Part shown: piece after piece, positions 25,533-33,682 of the stretch | How the letters are laid out: every line of letters begins with the position of its first letter | How positions within the stretch are numbered: position 1 is the first letter of the stretch | From: Candidatus Hydrogenedentota bacterium | GTDB lineage: Bacteria; Hydrogenedentota; Hydrogenedentia; Hydrogenedentales; SLHB01 | Direction: 5' to 3' | DNA length: 64,000 bases | NCBI GenBank assembly: GCA_963674865.2 | Contig: CAXXYE010000007.1 | Location: 339,746-403,745 of the forward strand | The notes under the pieces: generated by a model | Told to the model about the DNA's origin: nothing | What the model saw: only the letters and a program-made list of their open reading frames with translations | The model's database searches: none | Translations under genes and position numbers: made by a program

Positions 25533-25548
25533 AGCAAGACCGGTGCCA
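25533..25548 (-). promoter_or_regulatory. sigma-54 promoter motif heading the ESCRT-like operon
   Basis: Minus strand TGGCACCGGTCTTGCT is a full match to TGGCAC-N5-TTGCW, about 43 nt upstream of ATG 25489. Confidence 0.8.
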
Positions 25549-25616
25549 TCTTTCCGTGACGAGAAGGTCACAACCTCCGAAGGATGCTAGGAGACGTGGC
25601 CTGGGCAAGCCCGGGT

Positions 25617-25802
25617 CTACTCGGGCCAGATACAGAAGATGAACCTGACCGTATCCGGCTCTTCGGGAATGTCGGCCAGCCTCATGTATCCCTCAGGCAC
25701 CTCCCCTTCCCACTCGTCGGGGACAGCTTTGTAGAATCGTATTCCCTTGATCTTCGGACGGGCGGCGCGCTCGAGTTTCCTAATTCGATCCTTGTTTCTC
25801 AT
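25617..25802 (-). CDS. Small hypothetical protein
   Basis: 61 aa (MRNKDRIRKLE...). GGGAG RBS. Overlaps the end of the upstream gene. Confidence 0.5.
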   Translation of the reverse strand: MRNKDRIRKLERAARPKIKGIRFYKAVPDEWEGEVPEGYMRLADIPEEPDTVRFIFCIWPE

Positions 25803-26205
25803 GTGTCTTGACTCCCATTCTCTGTTCTAGTTGCTGTATGCGTTCCTCGAAGGTCACGTGCTCCCGCCACCGCAGGCAGGTATCCAAGATCGTGGCGGCC
25901 GCCCTTATCCTGGGGTGATCCGGGGCGTCGGAGTTGTCCATTACCCCCTCAAGAACCCCCAAGGCCTTGTCCGCCAACCGCCCCAAGCGCCGGGCTGCGG
26001 TACGCACCACTTCACTCTCGGCCTCGCACAACTGAGCCCGGAATGCGGACTTGTCCAGCCACCGGCGCAGGGTCCGTTCGGACACACCGCCCGCCTCCGC
26101 CGCCGCCGCGCGGTCTCCCGTAGCCACCAACGCCGTCAGGGCACGGTAATGACAAGGCTTCAACTCATTTTCTACTAGGTCATTCTTGGCCATACTCATC
26201 TTCAC
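25780..26205 (-). CDS. HTH protein, terminase-small-subunit-like
   Basis: HTH AAAAEAGGVSERTLRRWL..F followed by helical A...L..VM....RIRAAATILD. This pattern is common in satellite and prophage TerS-like proteins. Confidence 0.55.
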   Translation of the reverse strand: MKMSMAKNDLVENELKPCHYRALTALVATGDRAAAAEAGGVSERTLRRWLDKSAFRAQLCEAESEVVRTAARRLGRLADKALGVLEGVMDNSDAPDHPRIRAAATILDTCLRWREHVTFEERIQQLEQRMGVKTHEKQGSN

Positions 26206-26254
26206 TCCTTGGTTTGGCTTGTCGCTAAAATGGACATGGTCGCCGTATGCAGCA

Positions 26255-26680
26255 TCAGCCCACGTCCAATATTTTCCGAAGGTTTCTGCAATCCTTCTGC
26301 AGAGCCCCCGTCAACGCCCTGGGGCCCTTGGGGCCGCCCCTGATATCTTCCTGCAGCCGCTTGAGGAAACGGTCACCTTCCGAGACACGAATGCCAGGAT
26401 AGAGTTCGAAGGGCGTTGGAGGCAGGTCGCACGGTTCCACGTGGAGCACCCAACCGAACTCCTCAGCCCACAGCGGGTCCGTCTCCTCCGCCTGGATCGT
26501 GTGGTACCTCTCGGGACTCTGACAAAGGGCGATCAACTCGCGCTTGTGCTGTCTCAATGCAGCCCGCATCGCCTCGTCCACGGCCCCCCGGGGCGCATCC
26601 ACCCTAAGCAGGTTATCCTCGGTGACGGACAGATGGATACCCATCCTGACCGCCTCTCGGAACAGGTCATCCGCGGTCAT
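26255..26680 (-). CDS. Hypothetical primase-associated protein (TubC-N-like N-terminus)
   Basis: GIHLSVTEDNLLRVDAPRGAVDEAMRAALRQHKRELIAL. ATGA overlap with the primase stop. Confidence 0.55.
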   Translation of the reverse strand: MTADDLFREAVRMGIHLSVTEDNLLRVDAPRGAVDEAMRAALRQHKRELIALCQSPERYHTIQAEETDPLWAEEFGWVLHVEPCDLPPTPFELYPGIRVSEGDRFLKRLQEDIRGGPKGPRALTGALQKDCRNLRKILDVG

Positions 26681-29496
26681 ACAAGACTTACCTCCCGGCC
26701 ATTCGGCATCAGCCGCGGCTGTGCGGCTATAGCGCCCTTTCCTTTCTCCAAGTCCGTTTCCTGACTCATTCCTGATACAGTCTCTTCATCGTTTCCTGGA
26801 AAATGTTCACAACCCATAGCCGCATTAGCCGCGGCGGGGGTTTTGATAGCCGCATCTATAGCCGCGCGCTTAGCCGCACCATAGCCGCAATCGCTTTCTC
26901 GGGGAGTTGGGGACTGTTCGGCAAACGACAGTTGCGCCCGGTTCCTTGGGGGCGGTGCGGCTATAGACCCTGGCTGGGGCTCCCGCTTGGTGAAGCGATA
27001 CACTTTCGACTGAAACCTGTTCTCCTCATCCCACTCGAGTTTGCGCTCGACCGTGAGGTCATCGATGTCTAGGGCGGCGACTTCTGCCCCTTCCTGGTCG
27101 CAGACAGAAGCCCTTTTGAAGCACTGCCCCAGCCGGCGTCCCGTCGCCTGCTGGGCTTTCTTGGTACTATCACCGTCGTCGAGGTCGCCGCCCGAGGGCA
27201 GGCCGGGCACCTCCACCCCCTCCTCGTCCAACACCCTGATGATCTCGTGAGCGCGCAACCAGGCGTCCCCGCGTCCTGCATGAACGACCGCATGCGCGGC
27301 ATCGCGCAGCCAATTCATCGCCGGAGTGGTCATCCGAGCCTTGACCTCGCCTAACCCATCGCAGAGCGGCGCGGCGTGAAACACATTTTGGACGATCCAG
27401 TCGAGGATCTGTGCCCAAGCCCGGAAGTCGTGCCGGGTCTCGTTCGTCCGAGGACAACCTTTTTCCCACCATGTGCGGACCACGGAGAACACCGCCCCGA
27501 GGTACGTCCCTTGGTTTGCGCGGACGTGGCCGAGGATGTCCCGGCCCTTCGGGTAGACCGGGAACTCGTGTCCCGGTGGGTGTTTACGGATCAACACCGG
27601 GGAGGCCCGGTTGGCCATATCCACGGTAAGCTCCGCTTTGTTGCTGGTCAGCAGCACCACGATGCGTTGCATGTTAATCTCCACAGGCGCTGCGTAAGGG
27701 GTGCGGGCCATGAAGGTGTCTTCCGTCAAAGCAGACTCGAGCGCCGGGCTTGCCAGCTTGCCGCGCAGATTCTCTAACGAGATGAAACAGGCACCTCCAA
27801 TGAGCGCCGCGGAAAAGAACTCCTCCAGGTTTCCGGCGCCCCGGTCGCGTTGTGTGATGGCCCGGGGCACGTCCCGGTATATCGCGCAGACAAGCTTGGC
27901 CCGGTAGCCTTTGCCGGCCTGAGATTGATCCGCCTCGCTCAGGTCCAATGGCGGGCGGCCTCCCAGCAAGCCGCCATGAACGAGCGCCGGGGTGATCAGA
28001 GAGGCCAAGGCCCTGGAGCGATCCGATGGTGTGGCGAACCGGAACCCATCAACCAGCTCTGTTAGAAGCACAATGGCCTTGGGCAGGGCGACCGTAACCA
28101 CGTCGCCTCCCGTGGCGTAGATCCCGGTAGGACGATGGTAGCCGCGGACCGTGATGAGTCGCCCTTCGTGCTTTGTCAAGACGGGGCATTGCGTCAGCAG
28201 ACGAAGCGGCGGCAGCTGGTCCACGAAATCCCGGCAGGAGCAGATCAACTCGGCGTTGGCTTTCGTGCAGTTCTTGGGCACTTCAACGATCTCGCCGGCA
28301 CTTACACCCTTCGTAGTGTAAAGGTCAGCTACACTTTCGAAGATGCTCGCCCAACTCGCTGGCGTTACTTCCTTTAGGTGGATGTGGCCCTCATTGTCCT
28401 TTCGCACCTCCACGGGCACGCCGCCTCGGGAAAACCAACGCTCCTTGTCCGAGACCAGCTTGCCGAGCTCCCGTGCTGCCTCCGAGATGCGTACGTTCTT
28501 GGCCCCGCCCGGAAGGAAGACAGGTGGAAGACCGTTGCCTTGTTCGTCCTCCCCGGCAGAGAGATCAAACAGCGGGGCAGCGAGGGCTAGTTTCTCTACC
28601 TCGGACCGGATTTCGTCGTCCGTCTGACCGGCGATCTTGCGCCTCTCGATGAATTCCACCGCGTCCCCTTTGGGCGGCAAGTCCGGGAGCTCGAGCCGAT
28701 ACGGCTTGGCGGGAGGCGAAAGCGAGGACAGCGCACGGGCCACTGCGTCAACATACTCGGTTCCTGCGCTTCTACCGTCCGCCCTCGGAGGGTCGTTGTC
28801 TGGCAAGAGATACACATCGCGCCCGGCCAGGGCCGACCAGTCCGCCTTCCCTGCGGCTCGGGCTCCGTGGGCCGACGTAGTGGCGTTCAGCCCGATGTAA
28901 GCCAGGGCACTGGCAGCCTTCTCTCCCTCAGTCACATAGACCGGTCTGCCTGAGGCGAGAACGTGGGGGAGACGATATAGGGGAAATCCCCCCGGCGGGT
29001 CCCCGATCCGCCATCCTTCACCGTCCCGAAAGACCGGCCGGTATTGTTTGGAGTCCGGGCCTGCGTCAGGATTCTCGAAGCGGTAGACACGCCCGACCTC
29101 CCGACCGGCCCGGTCGGTGTAGCTCCAAGAGCCGACGGACGAAAAAGGTCTGCCATGCTTGCGTTTAAGGCCGAAGGCTGCCGCTTCAGCGGCGGCCTCC
29201 GGCGTACGGTGGAGCTTTCCTCGTCCTGATCTTGCTTTCCTCGGCGTTGGCAGGGCCTCGGTACGGAACCCCCGGTCTCCGAGACCCGGAAACAAGTCCG
29301 ATGAGGCCAGTCCTAGGCTCTGGATGATCGCCTCCGTGGAGCAACCCGCAAAACAGTAAAGCAGAATGCGGCCATCTTCTCCTACAGAGACCCTAAGACT
29401 TGGGTTATGGTCATCGTGTGCAGGGCAGCAAGCCTGCCAGCCTCGGGCCACTTTGCGGACCTTGGCAAGCCGCGCAAGGAACTGTTCAATTTGCAT
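26677..29496 (-). CDS. DNA primase-helicase (Zn-binding, TOPRIM and P-loop-like domains)
   Basis: CPAHDDHNPSL...CFAGC zinc motif. TOPRIM VYVTEGEKAA and LPDND. Degenerate Walker A QSQAGKG and Walker B-like FISLEN. Confidence 0.8.
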   Translation of the reverse strand: MQIEQFLARLAKVRKVARGWQACCPAHDDHNPSLRVSVGEDGRILLYCFAGCSTEAIIQSLGLASSDLFPGLGDRGFRTEALPTPRKARSGRGKLHRTPEAAAEAAAFGLKRKHGRPFSSVGSWSYTDRAGREVGRVYRFENPDAGPDSKQYRPVFRDGEGWRIGDPPGGFPLYRLPHVLASGRPVYVTEGEKAASALAYIGLNATTSAHGARAAGKADWSALAGRDVYLLPDNDPPRADGRSAGTEYVDAVARALSSLSPPAKPYRLELPDLPPKGDAVEFIERRKIAGQTDDEIRSEVEKLALAAPLFDLSAGEDEQGNGLPPVFLPGGAKNVRISEAARELGKLVSDKERWFSRGGVPVEVRKDNEGHIHLKEVTPASWASIFESVADLYTTKGVSAGEIVEVPKNCTKANAELICSCRDFVDQLPPLRLLTQCPVLTKHEGRLITVRGYHRPTGIYATGGDVVTVALPKAIVLLTELVDGFRFATPSDRSRALASLITPALVHGGLLGGRPPLDLSEADQSQAGKGYRAKLVCAIYRDVPRAITQRDRGAGNLEEFFSAALIGGACFISLENLRGKLASPALESALTEDTFMARTPYAAPVEINMQRIVVLLTSNKAELTVDMANRASPVLIRKHPPGHEFPVYPKGRDILGHVRANQGTYLGAVFSVVRTWWEKGCPRTNETRHDFRAWAQILDWIVQNVFHAAPLCDGLGEVKARMTTPAMNWLRDAAHAVVHAGRGDAWLRAHEIIRVLDEEGVEVPGLPSGGDLDDGDSTKKAQQATGRRLGQCFKRASVCDQEGAEVAALDIDDLTVERKLEWDEENRFQSKVYRFTKREPQPGSIAAPPPRNRAQLSFAEQSPTPRESDCGYGAAKRAAIDAAIKTPAAANAAMGCEHFPGNDEETVSGMSQETDLEKGKGAIAAQPRLMPNGREVSLV

Positions 29497-29731
29497 CGCG
29501 CCAACCCCCTCGCATCAGGTGCCGATGCTCGGCGACCCAGCGGTCCAAGTCCGCGATGCTGTACCGTACCGCCCGGCCAAGCTTGATGAACGGTGGGCCC
29601 GGTGTTTGGCCCCTGAGCGGGCCGTTCATCCGCGACTTGGCGAGAAACGAACGGCTCACGCCCAGGTAAGAGCACGCCTCGCGCTCGGTAAGGAGAAGTG
29701 GCGACGGTTTTGTTACGTGTGTATTCTGCAT
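29486..29731 (-). CDS. AlpA/excisionase-like HTH protein
   Basis: LLTEREACSYLGVSRSFL...GPPFIKLGRAVRYSIADLDRW. Confidence 0.85.
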   Translation of the reverse strand: MQNTHVTKPSPLLLTEREACSYLGVSRSFLAKSRMNGPLRGQTPGPPFIKLGRAVRYSIADLDRWVAEHRHLMRGGWRDAN

Positions 29732-29940
29732 GTTTGCAGCCCCCGATACTTGTCCCCCGAAATCGCCACATTTTATAACAAAACCTACGAACCGTGCGCT
29801 AAGTGTCGCGGTGGGATTAACACCAAGCGATATAAGTTATTAATGGAGAAGGGTTTGTGGCGGAATCTTGGCGAAAGTGTGAAATGCGGTGCCGACGGTA
29901 TCCGTACATGTACGCAAGTCAATTGTACAATGGTACGGTC

Positions 29941-30996
29941 TTAGGCGTAGCCCTTGTCGCGCAGGATACGAGCTATATCTCGCTCCCAGCGACCGCCATC
30001 GATAGGTTTGGAGTACCCCCCCGGCCAAAGGTCAGGTTCTCTGGAGTAGCGGATGTATTCGTAGACGGCGCGGGCCGTAATTTTCCTGGCGCGTGATTTG
30101 CAGGCTTCCGGGTCTCTAGAAAGCGCTCTCTCAACGCATTCCTCTAACTTCTTCAGTCTCTTCATGCGGTCGCGCGAGCGTCCGTGCGTTCCCCCCGCCG
30201 CCCGCTTTGCCTTGTCATTGGCAGAGCCCGTCAACACTTGGGCACCTCTAGCATCTACTCCCACGGACTCCGGTCCTGGTTCGGCGTTCAGTAGAGCTAT
30301 CACCCAGGCGCATTCCATTCGAACACGTTCCTCGGCCTTGCTTCTAGCCACGGTGTGGCAGAAATCTAGACGGTCGAAGAACTTGTGCGTTGCCTTGAGC
30401 TGCTCCTTTTCTATCTTCGTCTTGCGAAACATACCGAGCCCTAAGTCATAGTGCTGCTGATGCCAGTTCCAGAGCGTTTCAAATAGGGCGTGGAAGTATG
30501 GCGTGGTGGTACTCTCCTCTTCATCTTCCGTCTCCTGAGCATCTGCCGAACCATGCTGCTGGGCCATTTGCACTTTATCTACGGGAGGTGAAATGTTAGC
30601 GGAGCTAGCCACACCTATTTCGAGAAGTGTTCGAAGAGGGTCCATGCTGGCAAACCGAAGCGCCTCCCTGCGCTTGCCATCGAGTTCTTTCAGGACTTCG
30701 CCCACAGCTGCTCGAAACTCAGCATAGCTCAAGAAATGCTTGCGTTTGGCCGAATCCGGGCAACGATGCTGGAAATGACCCCACACGACTTTCAGGGTGG
30801 CCCTATCCGACCGGAGCTTGTTCGAAGCGCAGATCGCCCACAGCGCCTCGAGCTCTGAGACGCTGGCCTCCAGTGAACCCAGGTAGTCCAGCAAGGCATC
30901 GCGCGCCATAGTGACATCTGCTTGCGTCAACTCCCCGATGTTCATACACCCTCCCTGTAATGGCACCTGCTGTCTTCCTGCGTCCCCCATGGTCAT
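29941..30996 (-). CDS. Hypothetical protein
   Basis: 351-aa ORF with ATGA overlap to the integrase stop. Alternative start at 30945 with GGAGG RBS. No recognisable motif. Confidence 0.6.
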   Translation of the reverse strand: MTMGDAGRQQVPLQGGCMNIGELTQADVTMARDALLDYLGSLEASVSELEALWAICASNKLRSDRATLKVVWGHFQHRCPDSAKRKHFLSYAEFRAAVGEVLKELDGKRREALRFASMDPLRTLLEIGVASSANISPPVDKVQMAQQHGSADAQETEDEEESTTTPYFHALFETLWNWHQQHYDLGLGMFRKTKIEKEQLKATHKFFDRLDFCHTVARSKAEERVRMECAWVIALLNAEPGPESVGVDARGAQVLTGSANDKAKRAAGGTHGRSRDRMKRLKKLEECVERALSRDPEACKSRARKITARAVYEYIRYSREPDLWPGGYSKPIDGGRWERDIARILRDKGYA

Positions 30997-32222
30997 GTCT
31001 GGACCAGCCGCTCCACCGCCGCTGCCTTGTGCTCCGGAGCGAGGTGGGCGTAACGCAGCGTCATCTTGATATCCCCGTGTCCCAGCAACTCCCGCACCGT
31101 ATTCAGGTCCACGCCCGCCATAACCAACTTGCTCGCAAAATGATGCCGCATGTCGTGCCAGCGAAAGTCTTTGATATCCGCTAAGGTCATTAGACTACGC
31201 CAAGCAGCGCTGACACTGTCAAGACGGCCCCCGGTGCGCGGCGACTTGAAAACAAGTCCGGCACCTGGGGTTTGGTCACGCCAGTCTCGCAGCACGGACC
31301 GCGCGACGCTATTGAGCGGAACATGGCGTGTCTTGCCGTTCTTGGTGACCGACCCTCGTAACGTTAGCATGGACCGTTCGAAACTCACATCGCCCCACTC
31401 TATGCTGACGAGTTCTCCCCGGCGAAGGCCGGTATGAAGCGACAATAAGACCATCGGTTTGAGATGGTCCGCAAAGCTACCCTGAATCAGCTCGGGCGCG
31501 GCCCCACCGTCTCCATGATCTTGATGTGCCCTTGCCCTAACCTGCCTTATTCGTTCTTCACGCTTGTCGAGTGCCGACAGAAACCGTCGCTCCTCCTCCT
31601 CGTCGAGATATCTGATGACGGCTTGCGTATCGGTCTTCAACTGGCGGACCGAGGACAACGGATGTACATCGAGGCAGCCCGTCCTGACGGCGTGCGAGAA
31701 GACAGCCTTGAGACACTTAAGATCTCGGTTGACCGTCGCAGGCTTAACGCCCGCTGCGAGGCGCTTTGTCTGCCATGCTGTGATGGCGCTGGCATAGGAA
31801 CGGTCCTCGAGCGGCCAATCCCAGTACTCGGCAAAGTGATATCTCAGTCGTCTCAGTGTTTCACGGCCGCGCTTCTGAAAAGCGAGGCAAGCGGCCGCAT
31901 ACTCGTTGTCTATGAATGACCCAAGAGTCTGGCCCCCTCGCAACGCTCTCTTCACATCCTGAGGGTCATTGCCCTTCGTGACATCGGCCAGCGCTTCCTG
32001 CGCCAGCTCACGTGCCTGTGCAGGACTCAGCACATGTGCCGAACCGATCTTAAGCCGTTGGCGCCGTCCAGTGGCTGTACGGTAGCGCACGGAATACGAG
32101 GTCGGTTTACCCTCGGACGAAACACGGACGGCGAAACCGGGCAACTCTGTGTCATTAACATCGTACCCCTTCCCCGTCTCTTTGAGCGTCCTAAGAAGGT
32201 TCTGCGTAATCTTAGCTTTCAC
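30993..32222 (-). CDS. Tyrosine integrase with N-terminal arm-binding (DUF4102-like) domain
   Basis: DTELPGFAVRV arm domain. Catalytic TGLRRGE, TKNGK, HDMRH, LGH and RYAH. GTG start at 32222. Confidence 0.95.
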   Translation of the reverse strand: MKAKITQNLLRTLKETGKGYDVNDTELPGFAVRVSSEGKPTSYSVRYRTATGRRQRLKIGSAHVLSPAQARELAQEALADVTKGNDPQDVKRALRGGQTLGSFIDNEYAAACLAFQKRGRETLRRLRYHFAEYWDWPLEDRSYASAITAWQTKRLAAGVKPATVNRDLKCLKAVFSHAVRTGCLDVHPLSSVRQLKTDTQAVIRYLDEEEERRFLSALDKREERIRQVRARAHQDHGDGGAAPELIQGSFADHLKPMVLLSLHTGLRRGELVSIEWGDVSFERSMLTLRGSVTKNGKTRHVPLNSVARSVLRDWRDQTPGAGLVFKSPRTGGRLDSVSAAWRSLMTLADIKDFRWHDMRHHFASKLVMAGVDLNTVRELLGHGDIKMTLRYAHLAPEHKAAAVERLVQT

Positions 32223-32387
32223 GGCGGTCGCCCTCTGTTCTTGGTCCCCTAGTGGGTCCACCGTAAGTATACATGGAAGAACACCCGGAAACAAGCAGAA
32301 ACGTGCATAACCTTATAAAGGTTTTCTTTATATGGTTTTAGTGTTCCTGGTTGTATCTGGTTGTTCTCCGGTATTTCCTATGATAAC

Positions 32388-33061
32388 GCCCCGAAGGGGC
32401 GTCCGCATGTAGCCATCTGTAAGCGAAGTGAGCCCACGGAACCCGCCCGTGCCCCATGGATAGCCCCGAAGGGGCGTCCGCATGTAGCCGTGGGTGAGCG
32501 AAGCGAACCCACGGACATAGGCCCCCTCCCATCCGTAGCCCCGAAGGGGTGACAGCACACCTGGGCTCGCCATCTACCCTACGCCATCCAACACCGGCCT
32601 TTCCGCGCCTCAAGGGGCGTCCGCATGCAGCCGCGGGATAAGCGAAGTAAGCCCACGGAACCCGCCCGTGCCCCATGGATAGCCCCGCAGGGGCGTCCGC
32701 ATGTAGCCGTAGGTGAGCGAAGCGAACCCACGGACATAGGCCCCCTCCCATCCGTAGCCCCGAAGGGGTGACAGCACACCCGGGCGCGCCATCTACCCTA
32801 CGCCATCCAACACCGGCCTTTCCGCGCCCTAAGGGGCGTGCGCATGTAGCCGCGGTCAAGCGAAGCTGAATGACCCGCGGCGGCGGGCGGAAGAATCGTG
32901 CCCTGGGTGTCAACCCGAGGGCAGAACATCACCCTGACGCCCGGCCCCCTTAGGGGCGGCACAAACCTGCTCGCTCGCTTGCCCTGAAAGGGCAACACAT
33001 ACCAGCCCGGCGCTACGCGCCGGGAATCCATCGCCACAACACGCCGAGCCCTGTAAGGGCG
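32388..33061. repeat. REP/BIME-like palindrome array with a 219-bp tandem unit
   Basis: Recurrent hairpins GCCCCGAAGGGGC, GCCCTGAAAGGGC and GCCCCTTAGGGGC. The unit recurs at 32432 and 32651 (219 bp apart), with a partial third copy. Confidence 0.85.
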
Positions 33062-33682
33062 CGACAACACCCCAACCTGCCCTTCATCACTGCGGAATAT
33101 CCATCTCACATCCAGACAGCGGAGATCCGCCAGCAGCGAAGACGGGTGCAGGACCAGACTTTCGCCGTTGCGGACTACGGGCAGAGCGTGTAATATCCAA
33201 CGAGTTCCACCCGGCGGGGGAGTCTGGAGTAGAACGTCCTAACCACAGATGAACGCAGACTGATGGGCTGTAGCCGATTCAGTCCCCTTCTTTGCGGGAG
33301 GCCCGCAGGGGAGACAACGAATGAACAGGCCGGGGAGCGTGTAGTATGCGCCAAAGCCGCACCTACCGAGGACTTCTGAGTGCGCCTAACCGTTGGCCGA
33401 GTCGGGAGAGGCCAGGATGGGGCGCCGACTGAAAACACTCTCACTCTGAGTGGTACATAAACTGGGGCAGGTCAGCCTCCCTCCCGGGGCGTGCGCGTCA
33501 GTCGCTGGACTTTCGATTCCTCTCCTCTCACACGCAAAAGGGAGGTCGAGATCCGGCCGGTCTGCTCGGCGTGACTCCGCGGGCTCTGCGGCTCCGCGTT
33601 GGAGAATTGCAGACGCAGATATGGGGAGATCGCGGAGACACGCAGAGGGCAAGCGCTCACGGGGCGGTGTTGGCGCCCGTCC

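Larger units (their letters stand above)
25617..32380 (-). mobile_element. PICI/phage-satellite-like integrative element core (boundaries not defined)
   Basis: Co-oriented, overlapping genes: integrase, hypothetical, AlpA-like HTH, primase-helicase, small proteins. No capsid, tail or conjugation genes. No att repeat found. Confidence 0.7.

Noticed and set aside
32300..32330. dif-like site (GTGCATAA-CCTTAT-AAAGGTT) next to the integrase
   Set aside because: Only the XerC-like half resembles dif. The XerD half (TTATGTTAAAT) is missing.
32388..33061. Possible CRISPR array
   Set aside because: The sequences between palindromes are themselves repeated rather than unique spacers, spacing is irregular, and no cas genes are present.
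33100..33660. tRNA, riboswitch or other ncRNA in the long intergenic region (TTCGATTCC near 33512)
   Set aside because: I could not build a cloverleaf or recognise an Rfam motif by eye. An Infernal search would be needed.
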